From: a virus
Length of the DNA: 64,000 bases
Direction: 5' to 3' (one strand)
Virus record (IMG/VR): IMGVR_UViG_3300031963_012969
The translations under genes were made by a program, and so were the position numbers. The notes under the pieces are model-generated. The model did not search any database and had not been told where the DNA came from. It saw only the letters and a list, made by a program, of their open reading frames with translations. This document shows, in pieces, positions 1 through 8,437 of this stretch (position 1 is the stretch's first letter; each line of letters starts with the position of its first letter).

Positions 1-555
1 TTCCGCAAATAATTTGTCTCCAAAAATATCCATTAATCTACAAGCATTGTAAGTGGCCATATCTTTTTCCATTCTAAGGAATGGTTTAACTATTGGGCCT
101 TCTATACATCCAGTTCCACATATTATTCCTTCTCTATAATTTTCAAGATCTTCCCATGCAGCCCTTGGCTTGGGTTGTCCAAATTTTTTGACAACCCTGC
201 CATGACCCCATGAGCAATTAGATATTGAAAGTAAGTTGTCATACCCAATTTTATTTGCTGCCCAAAGAGTTAAATGAAAATAATCAAATTTCCTTAGGTT
301 TTCATTATAGATATATTCTGTGTGTGGAGCTAAATAAATCTCGATTCCAGGAATACCTTTTATCCCCGCATCTTTAGTTTTTGTTATTAAATCATATAAA
401 CCTAATACATATCCATGATCAGTACAGCTACATGCATCAATATTATTTTGTTTGCAGTATTTTATGTACTGATCTATGTCAGACACTCCATCCATAAGAC
501 TGTATGTGGTATGTGTATGGAGTGGGAGTATATTTAATTTTGTTGGATTATTCAT
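1..555 (-). CDS. dnaE: DNA polymerase III alpha subunit (DnaE-like), N-terminal PHP domain; runs off the window edge
   Basis: Not in the ORF track. Manual translation from ATG at 555 gives MNNPTKLNILPLHTHTTYSLMDGVSDIDQYIKYCKQNNIDACSCTDHGYVLG..., which has the PHP motifs HxHxxYSxxDG and TDHG. Confidence 0.88.
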   Translation of the reverse strand, partial: MNNPTKLNILPLHTHTTYSLMDGVSDIDQYIKYCKQNNIDACSCTDHGYVLGLYDLITKTKDAGIKGIPGIEIYLAPHTEYIYNENLRKFDYFHLTLWAANKIGYDNLLSISNCSWGHGRVVKKFGQPKPRAAWEDLENYREGIICGTGCIEGPIVKPFLRMEKDMATYNACRLMDIFGDKLFAE

Positions 556-559
556 TTTA

Positions 560-894
560 AAAATTTCTGCGTGAGAAGGATCGTAGTTGCCGGACTAGGC
601 TCGAGATGTCCGGCTCCACTGTTGAGCAGCAGGCCTATTGGCCTGCTGCACACAGGGAAGCCGGACGAGTCTCGAGCTTTGGCCGGCAACGAGAACCGAA
701 AAGCGGCCCACATTTACTGGTGTCCAATGTTTGTCGAGCTTTCATGGACAGGTTCACAATAACCACCGTGTGGTTATTGTGACCTGCTTTGAAAGCGAGT
801 TTCGTTACAAAGTAGACACCGCAATGTGGGACAGTCATTAACTAAACTGCAATGAAAAAAGTTGCACAACCGTGCAACAAAAGCCAGAAATTTT
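560..894 (-). ncRNA. Retron-like msr-msd unit A (array unit nearest dnaE)
   Basis: Terminal inverted repeat AAAATTTCTG (560-569) / CAGAAATTTT (885-894). Bulged G on the minus strand at 884. 7-bp hairpin GTTGCAC-aacc-GTGCAAC (861-878). Two long imperfect hairpins at 586-690 and 707-830. Confidence 0.75.
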
Positions 895-908
895 GTTATA
901 TTTTATTC

Positions 909-1305
909 AAGTTCTGCGTAAAACTCGTAAGAGTTTGTAACTGGTGTGCCGGACAACCGTGCTGTACTGTGAGGGCCCTGGGGCCGAAGCTCCCCGGTGA
1001 CCGTAGTGCCTTAGGACACGTAGGGGACCGGGGTGCGAGACTCCAGGGCCCTACAGTACCGGCACGGGTGGTAGGCGCGCTCCTTAACAGTCTATCGCGG
1101 GCCATCTCGGTCCTCTGGGGTGACATCACCTCCTTGGACTGGGGGACGCGCCGCCGGTGCGCCTTTCCCCAGTCCTGAGGAGGTGATGCCCCCAGAGGGG
1201 ACCGGATGGCCCGTGTTGACTGGTTGGAGGCACACCATGTACGGGCAATGTCTTGTGAGAGACATTTTAAAATGACAGAAACCTTCTGTCTAATAGCCAG
1301 AACTT
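909..1305 (-). ncRNA. Retron-like msr-msd unit B
   Basis: Inverted repeat AAGTTCTG (909-916) / CAGAACTT (1298-1305). Bulged G at 1297. Hairpins GACAGAA-acc-TTCTGTC (1274-1290) and AATGTCT/AGACATT (1247-1266). Outer stem TGGTGTGCC/GGCACACCA (942-950/1229-1237) encloses long hairpins at 957-1067 and ~1096-1215. Confidence 0.75.
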
Positions 1306-1319
1306 TTTTTTATTTGATG

Positions 1320-1621
1320 AAATAAATTTTTGCGAAAGAAGTCCTGAGAAGCCCGGATTTGGCAGCCTGGTATAACCAGGCTGCCAGTCCGGGAGGCTCA
1401 GGATGCTTTCCTCCCCTCGCGGTGGAGGATGATTCTTCTGGAACCGCGTGGCATCCCTGGATCACCCGTTGGGGGTAGTGGTACACGGACCCCAAGCGGG
1501 TGATCCTGGGGATGCGAGCAGTTCCTGAAGAATCTTGCGACACCTGTTATCTGCGAGCGTCGTTCTGCCATAGGCATTTAAAAAAGATGGCAATCTGCCA
1601 TCAAAAGCCAAAAATTTATTT
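1320..1621 (-). ncRNA. Retron-like msr-msd unit C (first unit in transcription order)
   Basis: 13-bp inverted repeat AAATAAATTTTTG (1320-1332) / CAAAAATTTATTT (1609-1621). Bulged G at 1608. Hairpins GATGGCA-atc-TGCCATC (1586-1602) and TGCC-ata-GGCA (1566-1576). Long hairpins at 1334-1410 and 1416-1557. Confidence 0.75.
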
Positions 1622-1626
1622 ATTCT

Positions 1627-1878
1627 TTAGATGGGGAACTCGGGATCAAACTTGATTCCCTTATATAAGTTTTCATTTATCTTTTCGGCCATGCCTTCTT
1701 TACACATTCTCTGCATAAATTGATAAATTACTTCAGGTTTAATATCTATCTTTCTTGTCTGTATGATGACCTGAAAAATGTCAGAAATACTCATTCCCTG
1801 TGAGCCATTAGAGGCTCCTGCAAGTATTTCATAAATAATATTTTCAATGTCGTCAGGATATTTTTGCACCGTAGTCAT
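1627..1878 (-). CDS. Small putative winged-helix DNA-binding protein (~83 aa; ATG at 1878 preferred over the track start at 1941)
   Basis: IYEIL...GMSISDIFQVI...IKPEVIYQFMQRMCKEGMAEKINENLY follows a wHTH pattern. The 1878 start minimises overlap with the primase gene. Confidence 0.5.
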   Translation of the reverse strand: MTTVQKYPDDIENIIYEILAGASNGSQGMSISDIFQVIIQTRKIDIKPEVIYQFMQRMCKEGMAEKINENLYKGIKFDPEFPI

Positions 1879-2896
1879 TTTCAGTATTTTGTTTAATTTG
1901 TTTCCATATTTCTTCTCTTGAGGCAGAGCCAGGATCCTCAAAATTTGATAACTTCATCCATACAAAATAAACCCCATCAAAAGAATTTTCAAGCTCCTTA
2001 AACCAGGGTTCACTAGTATCAACTTCTTCATCTAGTATCATCAATATTTTAGACCAATTAGATTTTAATATACGTATTTGATCTTTAGTTATCTTTTTTC
2101 CGAATGTTGCCACAGATCTCTCCCCAACTTTTATGCAGTCTATTGGCCCCTCGACTACAACAACCATGTCGCTATCTTTTATTGCGTAATCAAAGTTTAA
2201 TAAAGACCTTGATCTATGCATTCCTGGACATGTGTAATATTTAGGGACCTCATAGTCACTATATGTTATCTTACCATCTGACAATTTCACCTTTTTGGGT
2301 TTCCACCAACCTATTTCATCTCCATGCCAAACTTCTCTATCTTGGCCATTTCTATCTATCTGTCTTGCTTGCCACCCCACCAGCTTACTGCACATATATA
2401 TAGGGAAAATGATCCTTCCTGAAGTTGTTCCCATTTTTGAACAAAAATTATAATAACCATGACTACAATATTTTATGTCATAGGCTTCACAATCTTTGTC
2501 TGTAACCCCTCTGTTTTTTAGGTAATTTATAGCTGGATGGCCTGGATCCAGAGATAGTATAGGTTTCAATTTGCCTGGAGATGGTATTCCGTCTCTCCAC
2601 TCTATATGATTGTGTGACCTAAAAGAACTAGTAGATTCAGCGATATCAGTTTTGCGATATATTTTCATACCTGCAAAAAATTGAGACCCCTCATCGAAAA
2701 ACTCTTGAAGTGCATTACCCTTCCAGCCGCAATCATTACACATGAATGCACCAGTTTCGGAATTTATAGATAATTTATATTTGCCGCCCTTTTTGTGGAA
2801 CTTTCTGCAATGGACAACATACTCTATGTGCCCACTAGCATTTGATATTTTAGCCTCTGGAAACTGCTTTATAACTTGTTCTTTGTCTATTAACAT
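1853..2896 (-). CDS. dnaG: DNA primase (DnaG-like: Zn finger plus TOPRIM)
   Basis: N-terminal C-x3-H...CNDC zinc-binding motif, YLKNRG, RIIFPI...GWQAR, and TOPRIM VVVEGPID...ATFG...ILDEE. Confidence 0.85.
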   Translation of the reverse strand: MLIDKEQVIKQFPEAKISNASGHIEYVVHCRKFHKKGGKYKLSINSETGAFMCNDCGWKGNALQEFFDEGSQFFAGMKIYRKTDIAESTSSFRSHNHIEWRDGIPSPGKLKPILSLDPGHPAINYLKNRGVTDKDCEAYDIKYCSHGYYNFCSKMGTTSGRIIFPIYMCSKLVGWQARQIDRNGQDREVWHGDEIGWWKPKKVKLSDGKITYSDYEVPKYYTCPGMHRSRSLLNFDYAIKDSDMVVVVEGPIDCIKVGERSVATFGKKITKDQIRILKSNWSKILMILDEEVDTSEPWFKELENSFDGVYFVWMKLSNFEDPGSASREEIWKQIKQNTENDYGAKIS

Positions 2897-4287
2897 TATA
2901 CACCTCTTTGGTTTATTGGAGTAAAATTAGCAGCCTCTGGGGGAGCAAAGTCTAAGTCTGGCGGTACATCCTCAAATGTTTGTTTATCGAGTCTGGCCTG
3001 TATTTGTGTCTCAAATATCCGACCATCTCGCATCTTTCCGGCCTTAACTGTAAGCCTTCCACTTTCTCTGTCGGAATCAGTAGCCCCTATTCCTAGGAAC
3101 ACTGAACATCTGTGAGATTTACCGAATCCTTCGGAAGCATTAGTCATTCTAATGCTTCTGTTGTTGTCTCCACTCGCATTAGACTGCGTCGTAGCCCAAA
3201 ACGCAACATTATACTCTTTTGCTAACTCAGAACATTTATTTGAATATTCTCTTAGTTCATGCCTTAACTCTCTCTTTACTGTACCCCTTACTCTATCTTC
3301 TGGGTCCGTTTCTAAAGCATCTAACCAGTCCAGGAATACTACATCAGGAAGATCGTTTTCTGATCTCATTTTTGATAATCTTTTACCAATCTCCTTAATT
3401 GAACAGGAGTCTTTAGAAAAATCTAAAATTCTGAAATTTTGTCTTATCCTGTCTGGAACCTGACTCACTATGCCCCATACCTCTCTGTTTACATTTTCCA
3501 TTTCACCATTATCACCAGAACGAATCCTAGAATAATCTATTTGAGTGATCCTAGAATATAAACGTTCTGATATTTTCTTGGCTGGAATCTCCAATGTAAT
3601 TAATAATGCTTTGTATGTTGCAGAGGCAGCGCCCCAACAAAAATTTACAGCAAGGGTTGTTTTTCCTAGCCCCGTCATGCCGCAAATTATACCAAGCTCC
3701 CCCTTACCAAGCCCTCCAGACATTCTAGAGTCAATCGAACTTATTCCGCTTGGAACAGTTATGACAGGAGTATTTGAAAGAAGTGGGGTTATCAGCGGAG
3801 ATACTTCAACTTCTTCCTCTTCCTGACCTATTGACATTGTGTCGTCAATCGTGAGTTCGAGTCTCCTTGCAAGTTCTACAGCTTCTCCAGGCTTATAGCC
3901 TTTTATTAGTCTCTTTATTCTTACTTCAGATAGGTAATTTGGCAATACAGATAAAAAGTAATCTGGATGAAGGCTCATCTCATACATTTTGTCTACCTCG
4001 CTTATTAAGCCAGGTTTTTCTTCCTCCATTATCACCCCAATCTTCAACATAGATTTAAGCTGTAGGGCTAAAAGCTCCATGTGTATGCCGCCAACAACTT
4101 CTTGGTTGTGGTGCTTAAGTATTTCAATACAAGCCTGTATTATGGCTCTATGTATTGGAAGATCTACGTCTAATTGGGACATTTTCCCGTCCCTTAGGAC
4201 TTGAAGAAGGTTCTGGGAGCGTATTATATTCGCTATCAATGCTCTTTGAAATTCTTTGTGGAAATAATCTGATATATCTTGAGACAT
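2896..4287 (-). CDS. dnaB: Replicative DnaB-like (SF4) helicase
   Basis: Walker A GMTGLGKT, ITLEI, VVFLDWLD, ATTQSN and KMRDG motifs; directly upstream of the primase. Confidence 0.85.
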   Translation of the reverse strand: MSQDISDYFHKEFQRALIANIIRSQNLLQVLRDGKMSQLDVDLPIHRAIIQACIEILKHHNQEVVGGIHMELLALQLKSMLKIGVIMEEEKPGLISEVDKMYEMSLHPDYFLSVLPNYLSEVRIKRLIKGYKPGEAVELARRLELTIDDTMSIGQEEEEVEVSPLITPLLSNTPVITVPSGISSIDSRMSGGLGKGELGIICGMTGLGKTTLAVNFCWGAASATYKALLITLEIPAKKISERLYSRITQIDYSRIRSGDNGEMENVNREVWGIVSQVPDRIRQNFRILDFSKDSCSIKEIGKRLSKMRSENDLPDVVFLDWLDALETDPEDRVRGTVKRELRHELREYSNKCSELAKEYNVAFWATTQSNASGDNNRSIRMTNASEGFGKSHRCSVFLGIGATDSDRESGRLTVKAGKMRDGRIFETQIQARLDKQTFEDVPPDLDFAPPEAANFTPINQRGV

Positions 4288-4807
4288 AATTATCCTTTAT
4301 ATATTTGTTTACTGAGGGGTTTGATTTCAGTTCAGCGACGGCGATGCCTACATGTTTATTTTTCAATTTATTGAAAATTTCATCTGAGCAGAGCAGCACC
4401 CTTGTGTAAGATTTTATTGGTAAAAACTCTAACAATAAAACATCGTCTAAGTCTTTTTCTTTATTTTTAGGGTTATTTAAATAATTATTGAGTATTCTTA
4501 TTTCGTTATCGAACTCCATCTTACCGATAGATTCGCCCTTTACTGAGTATTCATCAAAAATCCTCATTGAGCGTTCCCCGTAGAGCTGATTAGGAAACGG
4601 AATGCCTCCCCATTTTTCAAATAAACTTTCCAAGTAAATAACAGGACATATGTTTTTTTGTTTAAGGAGGTTTGCTAATTTTATCCAGCAGTCATCAAAC
4701 TTGCTTCCAGATTTATATCCTGGAGTAGATCTTCTTCTAAGTATTTCGTATATTTTTTTTATATTCCATGGCGTTATGTTTTCTTGTGAACTATCTTTTA
4801 TAGTCAT
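4148..4807 (-). CDS. Hypothetical protein in the replication operon
   Basis: 219-aa ORF between the two helicases; no motif recognised. Confidence 0.6.
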   Translation of the reverse strand: MTIKDSSQENITPWNIKKIYEILRRRSTPGYKSGSKFDDCWIKLANLLKQKNICPVIYLESLFEKWGGIPFPNQLYGERSMRIFDEYSVKGESIGKMEFDNEIRILNNYLNNPKNKEKDLDDVLLLEFLPIKSYTRVLLCSDEIFNKLKNKHVGIAVAELKSNPSVNKYIKDNYVSRYIRLFPQRISKSIDSEYNTLPEPSSSPKGRENVPIRRRSSNT

Positions 4808-4848
4808 TTTAGTGTTGTCTGTTTTGATAAGATAAAATGTCTTATGAC

Positions 4849-6279
4849 TTATTTTACAAACTCTATTTTAGATGCAGAAGATGATTCAATAATTTTATAA
4901 CCTTTTGTTGAATAGTGTTTTAATCTATTTTGTGATTTTCTAGCAATACGTTCATCCCAACAGTCATTAAAGTCTATCACAATACCAAAATCCTTTCCAT
5001 CGGTTAATCTTCGATTTCTCCCAGCTTTTTGAAGAACAGATATATCCGACTGCATCCAATTTGCATTTATGATGACATAGAGATTTTTAGGATCTACGCC
5101 CTCAGCTAGGCAATCAGTTGAAACCATTCTTTTTATTTCTCCACTATTAAATCCATCTAGTAACTTTTTCTTCTCTTTTGCCGGAAGCTTTCCGTGAAAA
5201 ACCTTGAATGAATCATCTAGATATCTATACATCAACTCCTCTAAATGAGTATAAGTTCTTACATATATAACTAATTGTTGATCCGCTGGACAAATATCAA
5301 CACACTCTTTTATTATCTTATTTCTTTGGCGATTGAACCATATCCCATTTCTTTCCATAGTTAAGGATTGAGTTCCGCTAGAGAAAGCTGGCCCATTTGT
5401 TATATCCATTATGTGTACATGGAGCGGTGTAGCTCTATTCATTGCTTCAAGTTGCTGGTCTGTAAGTCTGAAAACTATTGGGCCAAATATAGACTCCAGA
5501 TATTTATCTATTCCTTTGAACCCACCCGCAAGAGTTGCAGACAAACCGTATCTAACGGCTTTCTTGAAGCTTAATAAATTCTGAGAACGAATTTCGCTAC
5601 CCGCTCCATGTGCTTCATCATAAATTATATAATCTATTGAGTCTGGATCAAATTTATCTAACGACGAGGATGTAATAACCATTGTATCTCCTTTGCTTTT
5701 TGCCGTAGACAAATATACGCCAGGATTAGACTCTGGAGACAGTTCTATTAGGTCTTTATATAGTTTTGTTGCAACTGATTGCCTATTTGTTACAACTATC
5801 CCCTTTCTTCCTTTGTATGCCCTACATATAGAGGCAATGATTCTGGTTTTTCCAGTGTTTGTAGCTGCCTCAATCATACACCCACCATCGTGTGTCAGCA
5901 TTAATTCAACTGCACATTTTTGGTCCGGATATAATCCTTCGTACACTCTACTTGTAATCACAGGTTTTGCAAAACCATTGCCTATGTCCTGTACTTCATA
6001 TTCGTGAGAATTGAGGTCTAGATATGTTTTTACTCTAGATAAAAGACCGTCGTGAGTAATAATTCCTGTTTGATCTTTCGTAAAAGAATAAAGATTTTTC
6101 TTTATTACCTTTAATGGGCCATCAACTAAAATCTCTCTTACTTGACCTATCCTTTTGTCAAAAAAAGTTTTTTTGAGCTTAGCCTTATATTTATAAAAAA
6201 AACTAAGCTCTTCAAGTATTTCGGAATTAAATGGCTGTACTTTTATAAGTCCATTAGATCTAGTAATATTAAATTTCAT
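4849..6279 (-). CDS. Superfamily 2 DNA helicase (UvsW/XPB-like)
   Basis: AATNTGKT, DEAH, GLSAT, EGVD and QKAGRNRR motifs. Confidence 0.85.
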   Translation of the reverse strand: MKFNITRSNGLIKVQPFNSEILEELSFFYKYKAKLKKTFFDKRIGQVREILVDGPLKVIKKNLYSFTKDQTGIITHDGLLSRVKTYLDLNSHEYEVQDIGNGFAKPVITSRVYEGLYPDQKCAVELMLTHDGGCMIEAATNTGKTRIIASICRAYKGRKGIVVTNRQSVATKLYKDLIELSPESNPGVYLSTAKSKGDTMVITSSSLDKFDPDSIDYIIYDEAHGAGSEIRSQNLLSFKKAVRYGLSATLAGGFKGIDKYLESIFGPIVFRLTDQQLEAMNRATPLHVHIMDITNGPAFSSGTQSLTMERNGIWFNRQRNKIIKECVDICPADQQLVIYVRTYTHLEELMYRYLDDSFKVFHGKLPAKEKKKLLDGFNSGEIKRMVSTDCLAEGVDPKNLYVIINANWMQSDISVLQKAGRNRRLTDGKDFGIVIDFNDCWDERIARKSQNRLKHYSTKGYKIIESSSASKIEFVK

Positions 6280-6291
6280 TTAAATTTTCAG

Positions 6292-6654
6292 TTAAACTGG
6301 TTTTAGGATTTTAATCCACTCTGACACATACCATTTCTTGCCTTGCGCATCTGGCCTTTCAAATTCCTTGTAGTTACATATTTCTACACGAAACCATTTT
6401 CTGTTCTTTTCGGTTAGATGCGGAGCATTTGGCTCCATGCATGAATGCCAGCCACTCCTAAGCTTAAAACCATCGGTTGGCAAGCTTTTTGCTTTTATCC
6501 ATTCACCAACCGGTATACTCGTTTTTTTGCCTATGAAAAGAGGATATAGCCCTTTTTTAGATTTTTTAATTGATAATAATTTATAGGCTTTTTTAGTTTT
6601 TGATATTGGGATACCAAGATCTTTTTTTTTATCTACCATATAATTAAAATTCAA
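6292..6654 (-). CDS. Hypothetical basic protein
   Basis: 120-aa ORF in the operon; no function recognised. Confidence 0.55.
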   Translation of the reverse strand: MNFNYMVDKKKDLGIPISKTKKAYKLLSIKKSKKGLYPLFIGKKTSIPVGEWIKAKSLPTDGFKLRSGWHSCMEPNAPHLTEKNRKWFRVEICNYKEFERPDAQGKKWYVSEWIKILKPV

Positions 6655-8437
6655 TGGTTTGTTTAAAGTAAGGCATCAATGATCTCTCGTGTGTCACAAT
6701 CATCGTTTGAAGATTGTTCGTGTCCGACAGTTCCGATACACTTTCGATTATATTTTTGAAGTTTAGAATAGTTTCTCTATCTAGCCATGTAGTTGGCTCG
6801 TCAAGTACTATTAGGTTTACTCCGGTTGTAAATATTTCTCGGGCTGCAAACCTAAAAGCAAGAGATAGAACAACTTTTTGGCCACAAGATAAATCACTTG
6901 ATGGTCTAACTTTGTTCCCAAAGTCGCACACGAATTCATTGTCTTGTCCTAGTTTTACATTATAAATTGCTCCAAATCTATTAAGATACTCATTTATTGA
7001 TTGAGACATTTTGTTCATCTGGTGATTTATATAAACCCCACTTAATCCATCGTGCCTAAATATGTCTCTTATTCTAGAGATCCTTGAATGATGCACCTTT
7101 GTACCAGAATATAAAAGCTTACTGTTGTTAGCTTTTTTTAAGTCTGATAAATGCGTGTCTAGCTGTATTTGCAACTTTTTATTTGTAGATTCAATTAAAG
7201 CTATATCTGACTCAAGCTTATGAATACTTGACGTAACATTATTATAGAAGCTTATTCCATCTTGGTATTTACTTGGAGGATGAGCTGGAAATAATTTGCT
7301 GTCAAATTCTTTTTTTTTGATGTCAAGTAACTCTTTGCTATTAGAGATACTTTTAAGTATCTGTTTTTTCTCTACTTCATAAGTGGATATCACATGATCA
7401 ATCTGTCTTAATTGTTTCTTGTATTCATTAGATTTAAAAACATTTTTATCTATATCCTGTCTAAGCTTTGCTTCTCTAGACCTAAAATTGTCTAAGTTTT
7501 CCGAACCTACAGAAGAGTTGCATAAAGGGCATTCCGTCATTGAACCACTTTTGTGCCCTAGGAACACCTGCAGTATTTCTAATTCATTTTTTTGAGCGCC
7601 AATAATTAAATCAATATTTTCAGATATATCTTTTAATTTTTGCATTTTTTCTAGATCAACAGAGGGCTCAACCAATAGACTGAGTTCTTTTTCTGACGCT
7701 GCCAATTGGTCAATTACTCTAGATATTTCTTCAGATAGCCTATTTTTACTGAGAGAATCAGAATAATTTTTAGTTATTTTATTGAGATCTATTCCATCTA
7801 TAGATTCTCTCAATCCCTCTATCTCAGAAAGCTTTGACTGTATCGAACTTTCGTTCTCTTCAATCATTGATCTTATGCTTGATATGGCATTCTTAGCTTG
7901 ATCCTCATCTATAAGCACTGGATACGATATATTTCTGTGCCATGACGTAAGTGCGTCATCCAATTCCTCAAGTTTTTGCAGACCGAAAAATTTTCTAAGG
8001 GTTTTATTTCTTTCGGCAGCACTACCGAATAAAACCCCTAGAATGTCTGTCTGACTAACAAAAACCATATTAGACAAGAAAGATTTTTCGCAGCCAAGCA
8101 GTTCCAGTATTTTTTCATTTACTGAGTCCGCTCCATCAATTTCTTCATTTCCGTATTTTAAGGTACATTGATTGCTGTGAAGAGATCTACTTATAGAAAA
8201 AATATTTCCATTTATGTCGCCTTCTACGAATATATCTCCAGTCTTTTCTCCAAATGTAATGAGGTCTTTTTTCTTCTTTTTGCCAAACTCGCCAGTCATG
8301 GCTATTGAAATGGCATTTGCAAAATTACTTTTGCCTGATCCATTTTTCCCTACTACTCCTATTATATTTTCGTGAAATAAATGCTCTACTTTTTTGTGTT
8401 GAGCAAAATTATTCAGAATTACTCTTGATACTTTCAT
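6644..8437 (-). CDS. sbcC: SbcC/Rad50 (gp46-like) ABC ATPase
   Basis: GKNGSGKS Walker A, coiled coil with CPLC zinc hook, LSCGQ signature, IVLDEP Walker B, VTH switch. Confidence 0.9.
   Translation of the reverse strand: MKVSRVILNNFAQHKKVEHLFHENIIGVVGKNGSGKSNFANAISIAMTGEFGKKKKKDLITFGEKTGDIFVEGDINGNIFSISRSLHSNQCTLKYGNEEIDGADSVNEKILELLGCEKSFLSNMVFVSQTDILGVLFGSAAERNKTLRKFFGLQKLEELDDALTSWHRNISYPVLIDEDQAKNAISSIRSMIEENESSIQSKLSEIEGLRESIDGIDLNKITKNYSDSLSKNRLSEEISRVIDQLAASEKELSLLVEPSVDLEKMQKLKDISENIDLIIGAQKNELEILQVFLGHKSGSMTECPLCNSSVGSENLDNFRSREAKLRQDIDKNVFKSNEYKKQLRQIDHVISTYEVEKKQILKSISNSKELLDIKKKEFDSKLFPAHPPSKYQDGISFYNNVTSSIHKLESDIALIESTNKKLQIQLDTHLSDLKKANNSKLLYSGTKVHHSRISRIRDIFRHDGLSGVYINHQMNKMSQSINEYLNRFGAIYNVKLGQDNEFVCDFGNKVRPSSDLSCGQKVVLSLAFRFAAREIFTTGVNLIVLDEPTTWLDRETILNFKNIIESVSELSDTNNLQTMIVTHERSLMPYFKQTIEF

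Noticed and set aside
571-1543. Short ORFs over the GC-rich island (571-762, 635-838, 638-841, 852-1178, 896-1129, 1310-1543)
   Set aside because: They overlap on both strands, have atypical composition and mostly non-ATG starts. They are better explained by stop-codon scarcity in GC-rich hairpins.
560-1621. CRISPR array, REP/MITE elements or simple terminators as the explanation for the island
   Set aside because: There are no identical direct repeats with spacers, no cas genes in the window, no shared terminal repeats or target duplications, and no U-tails after the long stems. A replication origin cannot be fully excluded, but it would not explain the per-unit arms and conserved G-C/C-G junction.
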